The notes beneath the pieces were generated by a model. That model was not told where the DNA came from, ran no database searches, and saw only the letters and a program-made list of their open reading frames with translations. The position numbers were made by a program, and so were the translations under genes. A stretch of DNA of 64,000 nt. Source: Deltaproteobacteria bacterium (GTDB lineage Bacteria > JAGRBM01 > JAHCIT01). Location of the stretch: NCBI GenBank assembly GCA_026129095.1, contig JAHCIT010000001.1, positions 248,245 through 312,244 of the forward strand. The letters are read 5' to 3'. Below are positions 12,437 through 25,759 of this stretch, piece after piece (positions within the stretch are counted from its first letter, which is position 1; each line of letters begins with the position of its first letter).

Positions 12437-12721
12437 ATGAAAATCATCCTTGAAATAGACAGTTTGGATTTGGCGCAAATCACCAGCGGGTTAGAGGCCC
12501 GCCGGGATGCTTGGAAGCGAACCCTAGACTATTTGCGTGGCATAGACCCTTGCGACGACTTCTTGATTGAAGAGTGCAAAGACGCCAGTGAGGCAGAGGC
12601 GATCTACAAGGATTACGATAGGATTTTGTCCGACTTGTACCATCAGGAAACAAGCTACCGCCAGCAAACGGGCCGGGTAATTGGTCAACTGTTATCGTCA
12701 TTCATGGCAGAGCACCGATAA
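12437..12721 (+). CDS. Hypothetical protein, 94 aa
   Basis: ORF in a locally AT-richer patch with a purine-rich upstream; no recognised motif. Confidence 0.5.
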   Translation: MKIILEIDSLDLAQITSGLEARRDAWKRTLDYLRGIDPCDDFLIEECKDASEAEAIYKDYDRILSDLYHQETSYRQQTGRVIGQLLSSFMAEHR

Positions 12722-12782
12722 CAGAAGAAGCCTCAATCTCATTTCCGCCCTTCCTCCCCCTCCGCTACACTCCCCCTCTCCC

Positions 12783-13673
12783 ATGCCCGAACCCGTCACC
12801 ATCACCGCCCGCGACGGCTGGCTCCTGAAGGGCGACCTGCACGAGCCCTCCGGCTCCGCACGGGGGACGGTGCTGGCCGGCCATGCGATGATGGCCAACC
12901 GCCGGAGCCTTGACCGGCCGCCGGGGGAGGGACTGGTGGCGACGCTCGTCCGGGGCGGGCTGCGCGTCGTGACGGTGGACGTGCGCGGCCACGGGGAGAG
13001 CGGGCCGCTGCCGCCCGAGGGCGGCGCCTACAGCTACGACGACATCGTGGAGAAGGACATTCCGGCGGCGGTGGAGTTCGTCCGCACGCGGTTTCCCGGC
13101 AAGGCGGCGCTCCTCGGCCACTCGCTCGTGGGCCACGCGGCGCTCGCCTGGCTCAGCGGGCCGGAGGCGGCGGGAACGGGCGGACTTTCCGCGATCGCCG
13201 CCTACGCGCCGAACGCGTGGCTGAAGTCATGCGAGCCGGACGAAAAACGGTGGCAGGCGAAGCTCGCCCAGCTCCGGATGTGGGAGCAGATGTCGCAGGC
13301 GAAGGGATATTTCCCCGCCCGGCAGATGAAGATCGGCTCGGATGACGTGTCGGGGCCCTATATCCGGCAGTTCGTCCAGTGGGCCAGCGAGGACCGCTGG
13401 GTGTCGCTCGCGGGGCGGGACTACCGGGCCGGGCTCGCCACGCTCCGGATACCACTGCTGGTGGCCGTGGGGGCGGGCGACCGGATGCTCTGCGTGCCCG
13501 GATGCTGCGAGCGGTTTCTCTCGCCGGTCCCGGGTGAGCGGATCACCTGGTGGCTCGTCTCGGAGGCGGGCGGCTTCGGCCTCGACGCCGACCACATGCC
13601 GCTCGTGACCGACGCCCGCGCCCGCCCGCTGTGGGAACGCACGGCGGACTGGCTCCGGGACCGGCTGGGGTGA
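12783..13673 (+). CDS. Alpha/beta hydrolase
   Basis: DVRGHGES, nucleophile elbow GHSLVG, late Asp and His (DADHM). Confidence 0.85.
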   Translation: MPEPVTITARDGWLLKGDLHEPSGSARGTVLAGHAMMANRRSLDRPPGEGLVATLVRGGLRVVTVDVRGHGESGPLPPEGGAYSYDDIVEKDIPAAVEFVRTRFPGKAALLGHSLVGHAALAWLSGPEAAGTGGLSAIAAYAPNAWLKSCEPDEKRWQAKLAQLRMWEQMSQAKGYFPARQMKIGSDDVSGPYIRQFVQWASEDRWVSLAGRDYRAGLATLRIPLLVAVGAGDRMLCVPGCCERFLSPVPGERITWWLVSEAGGFGLDADHMPLVTDARARPLWERTADWLRDRLG

Positions 13674-13681
13674 GGGCGGCC

Positions 13682-14017
13682 GTGAAACTACCCAACGGTG
13701 ACCGGGCAATTATCGACATCCGCAAGCTGACCGGATACTGCCTGAATCCGGACCACCCCACCGGAAAACACAAGGCGAGGCAGTTCGAAGTCGCCGCCGG
13801 AATAACCGCACAAAACGCCGGCTCCCTGCGGGACGCCCTCGCGAAGGCGGCCTTTGAGCGTGAAGCCATTACCGTCAAGACCAACGAATACGGCGTCTTT
13901 TACCAGATCGACCTTGATTTTCCGGGTCCAGCCGGACCGGTCCGGGTCCGCTCGGCATGGATCATCAACCGGGGCGAGAATGACCCGCGGCTTGTGACCT
14001 GTTTCGTCCTCCGGTAG
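13682..14017 (+). CDS. DUF6883 domain protein (putative toxin)
   Basis: KL.GYCLNPDHP.GKHKAR.F...WI......PRLVT pattern. Confidence 0.75.
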   Translation: MKLPNGDRAIIDIRKLTGYCLNPDHPTGKHKARQFEVAAGITAQNAGSLRDALAKAAFEREAITVKTNEYGVFYQIDLDFPGPAGPVRVRSAWIINRGENDPRLVTCFVLR

Positions 14018-14027
14018 AATTGCCCTC

Positions 14028-14252
14028 ATGAGTGAGCCCATCAGAGAACTGGACGCTGTCGCACTGGCCGAGCCAATCCCCGGCCAGAATCTCCAGCGCG
14101 GCCATGTGGGCACGGTGGTTCATCAATATCCGGACGGGACGCTGGAAGTGGAATTCAGTGATTCTCGGGGCGTCGCCTACGCCTTTGCCACAGTCCAGCC
14201 GGATCTGCTTATCCGTCTTTACAATGAGCCCCCGAGGGCCAGGGCTGTATAG
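14028..14252 (+). CDS. DUF4926 domain protein
   Basis: ELD.VAL...L..G.VGTVV......EVEF.D..G pattern. Confidence 0.8.
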   Translation: MSEPIRELDAVALAEPIPGQNLQRGHVGTVVHQYPDGTLEVEFSDSRGVAYAFATVQPDLLIRLYNEPPRARAV

Positions 14253-14266
14253 CGGCCACTCCCCGT

Positions 14267-15436
14267 TCAGATCGCAAACCTTTTGACGAGGTTCCTGGCG
14301 ATGAGGGTTTTCAGCACCTCGTTGGAGCCCTCGCCGATCAGCATGAGCGGGGCGTCGCGGTAGAGCCGCTCGATCTCGAACTCCTCGGAAAATCCGTAGC
14401 CGCCGTGGATCCGCATGGCCTCGAGCGCGTGGCGGGCGCAGGCCTCCGAGGCGAACAGCTTCGCCATGCTGGCCTCGAGGTCGCACCGCTCGCCGCGGTC
14501 CTTCTTCTTTGCGGCGTTCCAGACGAGCAGCTCGGCTGCCTCAAGATCGGTGGCCATGTCGGCAAGCTTGGCGCCCACGAGCTGGTGCTGCCAGATGGGC
14601 TTGCCGAAGGTCTCGCGCTCCTGCGCGTATTTCACGGCCGCCGTGAAGGCCGCCCGGAGCACGCCCACGCTGCGGGAAGCCACGTTGATGCGCCCGAGCT
14701 CCAGCCCGTTCATCACCTGCAGGAACCCCCTGCCCTCCCATTCGGGTCCGCCCACGAGGTTCGATGCCGGTACCGGGAAATCCTCGAAGGTGAGTTCCGA
14801 GGTCGGAACGCCACGCAGACCCAGCTTGGGGATGTTCTTCGACACCCGGAAGCCCGCATGGCCCTTTTCGATGATGAACCCGCTGATGCCGGCGTGCGGC
14901 GGATCTGACTGCGGGTTGGTCTTCGCCAGCAGGAAGAAGGCGTTTCCGTCGGAATTGGTGATCCACATTTTCGCGCCGTTGACGCGGTAGACGTCGCCGT
15001 CGCGGATCGCCTTCGTGCGCATGGAGGCGACGTCGCTGCCCCCGTGGGCCTCCGACAGGGCGAGCCCGCCGCGCAGTTCGCCCGTGGCCATCCTGGGCAG
15101 CCACCGCCGTTTCTGCTCATCGGTACCGAAGGTTTTTACCGAATGGGCCATCATCGTCTGCGTGTTGAGCATCGACGACAGCGTCATCCAGCAGGCGGCA
15201 AGCTCGGCCACCACCAGCGCATAGGTGGAGGTGTCCCAGCCAAGGCCCCCGTATTCGGCAGGGATGGTGGCGCCGAACAGGCCCAGTTTCCTGAAGCCCT
15301 CCAGCGCCTCGTGCGGGTATTCGTCGTTGTGGTCCCAGCGCGAGACGTGCGGCCGGATATCCTTCTCCAGCCACCGGCGCACCGAGTCCAGTATCTGCGT
15401 CTGCTCGCTGTCGGGTTCGATGGGCATGGACGCCAA
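14267..15436 (-). CDS. Acyl-CoA dehydrogenase
   Basis: ALSEAHGGSD, NGAKMWITN, IHGGYG, LYRDA...IGEGSNE. Confidence 0.95.
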   Translation of the reverse strand: MASMPIEPDSEQTQILDSVRRWLEKDIRPHVSRWDHNDEYPHEALEGFRKLGLFGATIPAEYGGLGWDTSTYALVVAELAACWMTLSSMLNTQTMMAHSVKTFGTDEQKRRWLPRMATGELRGGLALSEAHGGSDVASMRTKAIRDGDVYRVNGAKMWITNSDGNAFFLLAKTNPQSDPPHAGISGFIIEKGHAGFRVSKNIPKLGLRGVPTSELTFEDFPVPASNLVGGPEWEGRGFLQVMNGLELGRINVASRSVGVLRAAFTAAVKYAQERETFGKPIWQHQLVGAKLADMATDLEAAELLVWNAAKKKDRGERCDLEASMAKLFASEACARHALEAMRIHGGYGFSEEFEIERLYRDAPLMLIGEGSNEVLKTLIARNLVKRFAI

Positions 15437-15437
15437 C

Positions 15438-16981
<1,544 letters not shown>

Positions 16982-17042
16982 ACGCGATCCTGCCCGAACC
17001 CGCATACCCTCTTTCCGACGGGGAAGTAGGGCCGTCATCTCC

Positions 17043-17855
17043 ATGACCGCACCCACGCCGTCCGACCTGAAGCATTATCTCGCCTTCGCCAGCGAGACTG
17101 GCCGCGCTGCGGGCCAGCTCATCCGTGAAAAACTGCGCGAACAGAAAACTTTCCGGTCCAAAAGCGCCGAAACGGATCTCGTGACGGAGACCGATCTGGC
17201 GGCCGAACGGCTCATCGTCGCTGCCATCGGGAAGAGCTTCCCCGGCCATTCGATCCTCGGCGAAGAAGGAACCGGGGACCGGCACTCCGGGGCCGGCTAC
17301 CAGTCCGGTTACTGCTGGGTCATTGATCCCATTGACGGGACCACGAACTTCGCCCATGGGCACCCCATTGTGGGCTGCTCGATCGGCCTGACGTGGAACG
17401 GCGAGCCAGTGGCCGGTTGCGTGAATTGTCCGGGGCTCAACGAGGAGTTCCTTGCTGCCAAGGGGCTCGGTGCGACGCTGAATGGCGAGCCGATCCGGGT
17501 TTCCGGCGTGCCCACCCTGTCCCGGTCCCTCCTCGCCACCGGGCTGCCCTATGACCGGCGTGAACGGGCCGACCATTACCTCGCCCGCTGGAAAAAGTTC
17601 CTGATGGTGTCACACGAAATCAGGCGGCTGGGGTCGGCCTCCATCGACCTGTGCTGGGTCGCCGCCGGCCGCGTGGACGGTTACTGGGAGGAAAACCTCA
17701 AGCCCTGGGATATCGCCGCCGGCATCATCATCGTCCGCGAGGCGGGCGGAATGGTTACCGGTTTTGCGGGCGAACCGCACGACCTGAACGGCCGGGAGAC
17801 ACTGGCCACCAACGGCCTCATCCATTCGGAGATGTCAGCCCTCCTAAAGGGCTGA
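17043..17855 (+). CDS. suhB: Inositol monophosphatase family protein
   Basis: GEE, WVIDPIDGTTNFAHG, WDIAAG. Confidence 0.92.
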   Translation: MTAPTPSDLKHYLAFASETGRAAGQLIREKLREQKTFRSKSAETDLVTETDLAAERLIVAAIGKSFPGHSILGEEGTGDRHSGAGYQSGYCWVIDPIDGTTNFAHGHPIVGCSIGLTWNGEPVAGCVNCPGLNEEFLAAKGLGATLNGEPIRVSGVPTLSRSLLATGLPYDRRERADHYLARWKKFLMVSHEIRRLGSASIDLCWVAAGRVDGYWEENLKPWDIAAGIIIVREAGGMVTGFAGEPHDLNGRETLATNGLIHSEMSALLKG

Positions 17856-17859
17856 AACC

Positions 17860-18819
17860 TTATCCGAGAATATCCGCCAGTTCGGCGAGGATCTTCCCTG
17901 AATGGGAGACTCCTGAAAATGCCTCCAGTTCGACAAGCCCGGTTGGCGAGGTGACGTTGATCTCGGTCAGATATCCGCCAATTACATCAAGACCAACGAA
18001 AAAAAGTCCGTGTTCGAGGAGCGATGGTGCCAGTGCGTCGATCAGTTCCCGTTCACGCGGTGTAATGCGTGCCGGTTCCGCCTTCCCACCGGCGGCCAGA
18101 TTCGACCGGGCCTCACCCCGGCTGGCAACGCGATTGATCGCTCCAAGCGGAATGCCGTTCCAGAGGAGTATCCGCTTGTCGCCCTTTTTCACCGCCGGGA
18201 GAAATCTTTGCGCCATCACGGGACGTGTTCCGCGCCGGGTGATCTCTTCCCAGATGACGCCGTGGTTCTCCCCCTTCAGGTCCCATATGTAGACGCTCCG
18301 TCCTGCAAACCCGTCCAGCGGCTTCAGCACGATCCGTCCGCCCTGCTCCCGGCAGAACGCATCGATATCATCCCGCCGTGCAGTCACCAGTGTCGGAGGC
18401 ATCCAGTCCGCGAAGTTGAGGGCGAAGAGTTTTTCGCTGGCAGCGCGGATACCCTCCGGCTCATTGATTACCGGTGCCCTGGAGTAGTCCAGCATCCACA
18501 GGGCCTGGAAATACTGCTGGTCAACCGGTGGATCCTTGCGCATCAGGATTACATCCACCTCGCTGCTCCTGACTGTCACCGGCTTACCACGTACCTTCCA
18601 GAATGATGTCTCCGGGCGGGTGCGGGTGCCCTGCCGGATCACCACTTCGGTCAGGCAGAGCTTCAGCTCCGGCCCCTGCAACGAAAGCCCACCTGTTTCA
18701 CAAACAAGTGTCCGATGGCCCATCCTGGAGGCGGTCTCCAGGAGTTGAAGCGTTGTATCGTGAAATGGCACCAGTGTGTGCACAGGATCGATAATGGCTG
18801 CGATGATAAGCTTGCCCAT
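17860..18819 (-). CDS. gshB: Glutathione synthetase
   Basis: MRKDPP, KPLDG, GDKRI, RSNLAAGG, GLDVIG.YLTEINVTSPTG. Confidence 0.93.
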   Translation of the reverse strand: MGKLIIAAIIDPVHTLVPFHDTTLQLLETASRMGHRTLVCETGGLSLQGPELKLCLTEVVIRQGTRTRPETSFWKVRGKPVTVRSSEVDVILMRKDPPVDQQYFQALWMLDYSRAPVINEPEGIRAASEKLFALNFADWMPPTLVTARRDDIDAFCREQGGRIVLKPLDGFAGRSVYIWDLKGENHGVIWEEITRRGTRPVMAQRFLPAVKKGDKRILLWNGIPLGAINRVASRGEARSNLAAGGKAEPARITPRERELIDALAPSLLEHGLFFVGLDVIGGYLTEINVTSPTGLVELEAFSGVSHSGKILAELADILG

Positions 18820-18926
18820 AAGCAGGGAAGAACCTGTCCCGGCACGCCTCACAGGGCAAGACAGATAAAAACTGGACACTGTTGTCTAGGTTGACTGAAC
18901 CCGTTAGGTTGGGCCGGTTTACGTTT

Positions 18927-19538
18927 ATGGCCCCGCAGCTTTCACCCCAGATGCAGGAACACCGCCAGAAGCGGCTTCTTACGGTCGCCATGGAGGTGTT
19001 TGCCGAAAAGGGATATCACGATACGTCGGTGGACGATATCCTAGAACGGGCAGAGATCGCCCGTGGCACCTTTTACCGGTATTTCGACAACAAGCGGGAC
19101 TGTTTCGCACAGGCGCTCGACTACTTCTTCGAGCAGATGATGAACTTCATCCGTCCGCTCGACATTTCCGAACTATCGCTTGAGCAGTACCAGTCACTGT
19201 TCCGGACCCTGAGCCGGTCAGTTCTGAATAACCCCGGCAACCGGAAGTTCACCCGGCTGGTGCTTCTGGAAGCGCCGACGCTGGGCACCGACTTCCGCGA
19301 CCGGATTGACCGCTTTTTCGACAGCCTTGTCAATCTCGTCGCCGCCTACATCCGCAAGGCGGTCGACAAGGGACGAATCGCCCCGATCGATCCCGTGTCG
19401 GCGGCCCACGGAGTTTTGGGGCTCGGAAAAGAGGCCCTGCTGCTCTGGTACCGGAACGACCCAGCCAAACCGGGGGTCGATACCCTGATAGAAAACCTGC
19501 TCCAGCTCGCCTTCTTCGGAATGATGCCGAGAAAATAG
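18927..19538 (+). CDS. TetR family transcriptional regulator
   Basis: FAEKGYHDTSVDDI...IARGTFYRYF HTH. Confidence 0.92.
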   Translation: MAPQLSPQMQEHRQKRLLTVAMEVFAEKGYHDTSVDDILERAEIARGTFYRYFDNKRDCFAQALDYFFEQMMNFIRPLDISELSLEQYQSLFRTLSRSVLNNPGNRKFTRLVLLEAPTLGTDFRDRIDRFFDSLVNLVAAYIRKAVDKGRIAPIDPVSAAHGVLGLGKEALLLWYRNDPAKPGVDTLIENLLQLAFFGMMPRK

Positions 19539-19541
19539 ATC

Positions 19542-20948
19542 CTACAGGGCCACTTCATCGTTCCGGCGGGCGATGACCGCTTCAATGCCGAGATCGGTCT
19601 TCAGTGCTTTTGAAAGTCCATTCAGTGCACTGGATTCCCCATGAACCAGGGCGACTGTTCGGGGAGTCTTGCCCAGTTCCTTTACATAACGGACCAGATC
19701 TCCCTGATCGCCGTGGCCGGAAAACACGTCGAGGTGGTCCAATTCAGCGCAGACCGGAACCTGTTCGCCGAAGATACGCAGCTCCTTCGCGCCATTGACC
19801 AGCGCCGACCCCCGTGTGCCCTGCGCCTGAAAACCGACAATCAGTATCTTGGTGGAAGGATCCGCCATCCGGTTTGCCAGATGATGCAGAATCCGGCCGC
19901 CCGAGACCATTCCGCTTCCGGCGATGATAATCGCGGGCCCCTTCACGTTGTTCAGTTCCTTGGAATCTCCGACCGTTTGCGTGATGTGAAGCGACTTCCA
20001 GCCTTTCACACCCTTGCCATGCCCGAGCATCCGGGCGATTTCAGCATTGTGTTCGTCCTCGTAGCGGGCATACAGGCGCGTCACGTCGCTGGCCATCGGA
20101 GAATCAATGTAAACCGGCGTGGGGGGAATGCGCCCGGTCAGTTCAAGTTCTTCGATGAGATACAGGAGATGCTGGGTCCGGCCAAGCGCGAAAGAGGGTA
20201 TCAGGATCACCCGCTTGTTCTGGTGTGCATCCTGGATATGCCGCTCCAGCCAGTCACGAGGGTCTGTCTCCTCATGGTGACGGTCTCCATAGGTTGATTC
20301 GAGGCAAAGCAGATCGAGAGCATTGGAAAGCTCCACCCTGGCAGGCGGGTCCATGAACTTGAGGTCGTAACGGCCCAGATCGCCGGAGAAAAGCAGCCGC
20401 TTTGTGCCCCCAGGCGCATCAAATTCGATATACGCCTGTGCAGAACCGACAATGTGCCCGGCCGGATGAAACGTCACCCGGACGCCGGGAATTACTTCCT
20501 TCGGTTCCCCATATGGAACGCCCCGGAGGTACCGGATCACCGCTTCGGCATCACTCCGCGTGTAAAGCGGCAGCGCAGGCTGGTGGCGCGAATAGCCCCG
20601 GCGGTTTACGAAACGGGCCTCTTCCTCCTGCAGATAACCCGCATCGGGCAGCAGGATATCGCACAGGTCGACAGTCGCCGGGGTCGCATAAAAGAACCCC
20701 TTGTAACCGAGCAGATTGAGACGGGGGATAAACCCGGAATGATCGATATGGCTGTGGGTGACAATGACCGCCTTCAGTTCACGGACCGGGAAATCGAGTT
20801 TCGCCCAGTTCAGGTCCTTTATATCCCGCCCACCCTGGAAAAGCCCGCAGTCCACCAGCACCAGTCCCTTGTGTGTGTGGATCAGGAACTTCGATCCCGT
20901 GACGGTGCCGGCTCCACCCAGAAAACGGACTTTGGGAGCAAATGACAT
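19542..20948 (-). CDS. MBL-fold beta-CASP ribonuclease
   Basis: GGAGTVTGS, DCGLFQG, THSHIDH, ESTYGDR, FSGHGD, VHGE. Confidence 0.92.
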   Translation of the reverse strand: MSFAPKVRFLGGAGTVTGSKFLIHTHKGLVLVDCGLFQGGRDIKDLNWAKLDFPVRELKAVIVTHSHIDHSGFIPRLNLLGYKGFFYATPATVDLCDILLPDAGYLQEEEARFVNRRGYSRHQPALPLYTRSDAEAVIRYLRGVPYGEPKEVIPGVRVTFHPAGHIVGSAQAYIEFDAPGGTKRLLFSGDLGRYDLKFMDPPARVELSNALDLLCLESTYGDRHHEETDPRDWLERHIQDAHQNKRVILIPSFALGRTQHLLYLIEELELTGRIPPTPVYIDSPMASDVTRLYARYEDEHNAEIARMLGHGKGVKGWKSLHITQTVGDSKELNNVKGPAIIIAGSGMVSGGRILHHLANRMADPSTKILIVGFQAQGTRGSALVNGAKELRIFGEQVPVCAELDHLDVFSGHGDQGDLVRYVKELGKTPRTVALVHGESSALNGLSKALKTDLGIEAVIARRNDEVAL

Positions 20949-20961
20949 GGTGATCCTTTCG

Positions 20962-21858
20962 TTACTCGACCAGTTCCGGATACTGCGGAAGCTCACGGAC
21001 CAGTTCCGGCTCGTGAGAGGGCCAGATATGAATCTCCGGAACACGGGCTGAAAGCTCCCGTATTTCAAGAATAGTCTGCCATGCCCGCTTGCGATCTTCG
21101 TCAGCCGACCGTCCGTATAGAACCCCCTTGGGCGCCGGGAGCCGGTAGTTGTCACGGATATACACGCCATCGCCCGCAAGGAGCGCCCGGCCCGACGCAA
21201 GATGTATCAGCGCACCCAGAGAGCCAGTGCAGTGTCCCGGCAGATCAACCAGATAGATACTTCCGTCGTTCATTAGATCCCATGTCGAGATAAACGGCCC
21301 CAATTTGGGTCCCTTCCCCAGCGGCGCCTCCCGCGTCCGTCCCCCTGGCAGATCGGCAGGGTTCAACCCCCGCAGATGCCGTCTCCAGCTCCGGGCAAGC
21401 CTGAATACACCGGGCCCTACCACGACGTCTGCATCCGGGAAGCGGTCAATATCTCCCGTGTGGTCGAAGTGATGGTGCGAATAAATGACGGTTCCGATAT
21501 CCGCTGGATCCACGCCTGCGGCCTTCAGCCGGGAAGCGGCGTCTTCACCCCGTATCACCTCAGGCAGCATCCCCATCAGCTTTGCCACAGGTACAAGCGG
21601 AGCAAGTCTGGATCGCCCCGGTGCGGCGAGAAACGCCGGCAGGCCGAGATCGAACAGTATTTTTCGCGCAGGATGCTCGATCAGGAAGGCGAGCGACGGA
21701 ATGCGAATGGTACCCGGCGGGCTGCCTTCGCACATGTACTGCCGTGCCACCGGTATAAATCCGGTAGAGATAATTCCCACGCGGACGGATGATTCTCCGG
21801 CAGGCGGCGGCCAGCCGTACCAGGGAACCGCAACTTCAGGGGATGACGTCACAGGCAT
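20962..21858 (-). CDS. MBL-fold hydrolase, AHL-lactonase-like
   Basis: SHHHFDHTGD, LPGH, AGDGVY, terminal SHE. Confidence 0.8.
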   Translation of the reverse strand: MPVTSSPEVAVPWYGWPPPAGESSVRVGIISTGFIPVARQYMCEGSPPGTIRIPSLAFLIEHPARKILFDLGLPAFLAAPGRSRLAPLVPVAKLMGMLPEVIRGEDAASRLKAAGVDPADIGTVIYSHHHFDHTGDIDRFPDADVVVGPGVFRLARSWRRHLRGLNPADLPGGRTREAPLGKGPKLGPFISTWDLMNDGSIYLVDLPGHCTGSLGALIHLASGRALLAGDGVYIRDNYRLPAPKGVLYGRSADEDRKRAWQTILEIRELSARVPEIHIWPSHEPELVRELPQYPELVE

Positions 21859-21915
21859 CTCGCGACAGTATAACCGTGACGTCACCGAGGGGAAGAAGGT
21901 GCAGGTGTTTTGCCT

Positions 21916-23466
<1,551 letters not shown>

Positions 23467-23537
23467 AAAGCATCAACAATCAAGCCTAGAAACCCCGCCT
23501 CCCAAGGGCAAATGCGGGAGCCGGATGGCGGGAAGAG

Positions 23538-24722
23538 CTAAACCACTTCCCCTGCCGCGTGGGCCGACGCCCAGGCCCAGTGAAAGTTGTAGCCCCCAAG
23601 CCAGCCCGTGACATCCACCACTTCTCCGATGAAATAGAGTCCCTTCACCCGGCGGGCCTCCATCGTCTTGGAAGACAGTTCCGCCGTCGAGACACCTCCA
23701 GCGGTCACTTCGGCCTTCGCGTGGCCTTCGGTTCCCGCTGGTTTCACGCTCCAAGCCTGAAAAGCGTCCTCTACAGCCTTCAGTTCCCGGTCCGGACTGT
23801 CAGCGAGCCGTTTCGAGGGAAGCTGATGCAGATCGAACCATCGGTCCACCAGCCGTTTCGGCAGCAGCATGGCCAATGCATTTCTTGCTTCGGTGCGGTT
23901 CCCCTTCAAGCGCTCTGCCTTCAGCCAGTCCAGAAGATCGAGTTCGGGCAACAGACGGATCTGCAACGCCTCGCCCGGCAGCCAGTAGCTCGATATCTGC
24001 AGGATGGCCGGGCCACTCAGCCCCTTGTGGGTAAAAAGAATCTGCTCGCGGAATGTTTTCCCGCAGCAGGAGACTTCCGCCGGAGCCGAGAGGCCGGTGA
24101 GGTCTCCGAACTTTTCCAGATCGTCCCGTGACCAGACGAACGGAACCAGCGCGGGGCGGGGCTCCACAACCGCAAGCCCGAACTGCCGGGCAATCCGGTA
24201 ACCCAGATCCGATGCACCCAGTTTCTCAAAGGAAAGCCCGCCGGTGGCGACAACGAGTGATTCGCACGGAAATTCGCCGATACTCGCCAGCACCTTGAAC
24301 CCGCCGCCTTCCCGCAGCGTGACAGCGCTGATCTTGGTCCTTACATGTACCGTCACACCGGCACGCTCACATTCCGCCAGAAGCAGCTCGCGAACCTCCC
24401 TCGCCGTGCCGTCGCAGAACAGTTGGCCGAGCTTCTTCTCGTGATAGGGGGTGCCATGCCGGCCAAGAAGTTCGATGAAATCCGAAGGGGTAAATCTCGC
24501 AAGTGCCGAACGGCTGAAATCGGGATTCTCCGACAGGAAATGCTCCGGCCTCACGTCCAGATTGGTAAAGTTGCACCGGCCGCCGCCGGAGATGAGTATC
24601 TTGCGGCCGGGTTCATCCATGTGTTCCAGAACAGCCACCCTGCGGCCCCGCCCACCCGCAACAGCCGCGCAGAATAGCCCCGCCGCCCCGCCGCCCAGAA
24701 TCACCACATCCGGCTGGACCAT
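23538..24722 (-). CDS. HI0933/BaiN family flavoprotein
   Basis: GGGAAG, GRKILISGGGRCNFTN, VATGG.S, VTAGGV, GWLGGYN. Confidence 0.92.
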   Translation of the reverse strand: MVQPDVVILGGGAAGLFCAAVAGGRGRRVAVLEHMDEPGRKILISGGGRCNFTNLDVRPEHFLSENPDFSRSALARFTPSDFIELLGRHGTPYHEKKLGQLFCDGTAREVRELLLAECERAGVTVHVRTKISAVTLREGGGFKVLASIGEFPCESLVVATGGLSFEKLGASDLGYRIARQFGLAVVEPRPALVPFVWSRDDLEKFGDLTGLSAPAEVSCCGKTFREQILFTHKGLSGPAILQISSYWLPGEALQIRLLPELDLLDWLKAERLKGNRTEARNALAMLLPKRLVDRWFDLHQLPSKRLADSPDRELKAVEDAFQAWSVKPAGTEGHAKAEVTAGGVSTAELSSKTMEARRVKGLYFIGEVVDVTGWLGGYNFHWAWASAHAAGEVV

Positions 24723-24726
24723 TCTG

Positions 24727-25710
24727 TCAGCGCCCGCCTGCCGCCCGGCAAAGCCGGTCACGAACAGCGGCGTCGAGCCCGCTGTCCAGCGGTAACGTGA
24801 CAACGGCCACATCAAAACCCTGCACATCCACTTCGCGCAGCCAGCTGTATAGCGTTCTTGCCCGGCCTTCCGGACTTTTTTCTACCGGCAGGAGAACCAC
24901 ACTTTCGGGAACCGGCTCCGGGCCCGCACCAAGCCATGCACAGACTCTCTGACCCTGAAGGAGATGTGCTTCTGCCACTTCCTGTGCCTTGCCTCGCCCG
25001 GCGATCACGATTCTCGCCCGTGGCGCGTAATGAGACTCCAGCATTCCTGGGGCGCGGACCTGGGACTTTTCGTTCCCGGTCTTTACCGGACTGCCGAGTT
25101 CCCGCTCGATGTCCGTTGCCGCAATACCGCCGGGCCTCAGGATTATGGGAACATCGGAAGACAGATCGACAATCGTGGATTCAATGCCAACTGCACACGG
25201 TCCGCCATCCAGCACGAAATCCACTTCCATCCCAAGGTCTGCCCGAACATGTGCTGCCGTTGTGGGGCTTACCTTCCCAAAACGGTTCGCTGACGGCGCG
25301 GCGATACCACTTCCAAAAGCATCCAGAAGCATCAGCGCGGCCGGGTGCGCTGGAATACGTATCGCGACGGTCTCCTGACCACCGGTTATCTCCAGCGAGA
25401 TGCGAGGATGGCGCTTCAGTACCAAGGTGAGTGGCCCCGGCCAGAACCGGCGTGCCAGTCTTTCAGCAGCCTCAGGAACCTTTAAAGCCCAATCTTCAAG
25501 CTTTGTGCTGCTGCCAATATGCACGATGAGGGGATGATCCGCAGGCCGGCCTTTCACGGCAAACACCTTGCGAATGGCGGCAGGATTCAACGCATCAGCA
25601 CCCAGGCCATATACCGTCTCCGTCGGAAAGGCCACCAGCCCGCCTCCCTTCAGGACGGAAACCGCACGGGCAATATCGGTGGCAGATGGGGTCATGGCTC
25701 CTGCCGCCAT
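24727..25710 (-). CDS. sua5: Threonylcarbamoyl-AMP synthase, Sua5 type
   Basis: FPTETVYGLG, KGRP..HPLIVH, APSAN, SUA5 linker PGML.SHYAP. Confidence 0.92.
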   Translation of the reverse strand: MAAGAMTPSATDIARAVSVLKGGGLVAFPTETVYGLGADALNPAAIRKVFAVKGRPADHPLIVHIGSSTKLEDWALKVPEAAERLARRFWPGPLTLVLKRHPRISLEITGGQETVAIRIPAHPAALMLLDAFGSGIAAPSANRFGKVSPTTAAHVRADLGMEVDFVLDGGPCAVGIESTIVDLSSDVPIILRPGGIAATDIERELGSPVKTGNEKSQVRAPGMLESHYAPRARIVIAGRGKAQEVAEAHLLQGQRVCAWLGAGPEPVPESVVLLPVEKSPEGRARTLYSWLREVDVQGFDVAVVTLPLDSGLDAAVRDRLCRAAGGR

Positions 25711-25759
25711 AGAGCGACCCGCACCTCCGGTGCAAACCGTCTGTGCTAGGGTTGTCACC

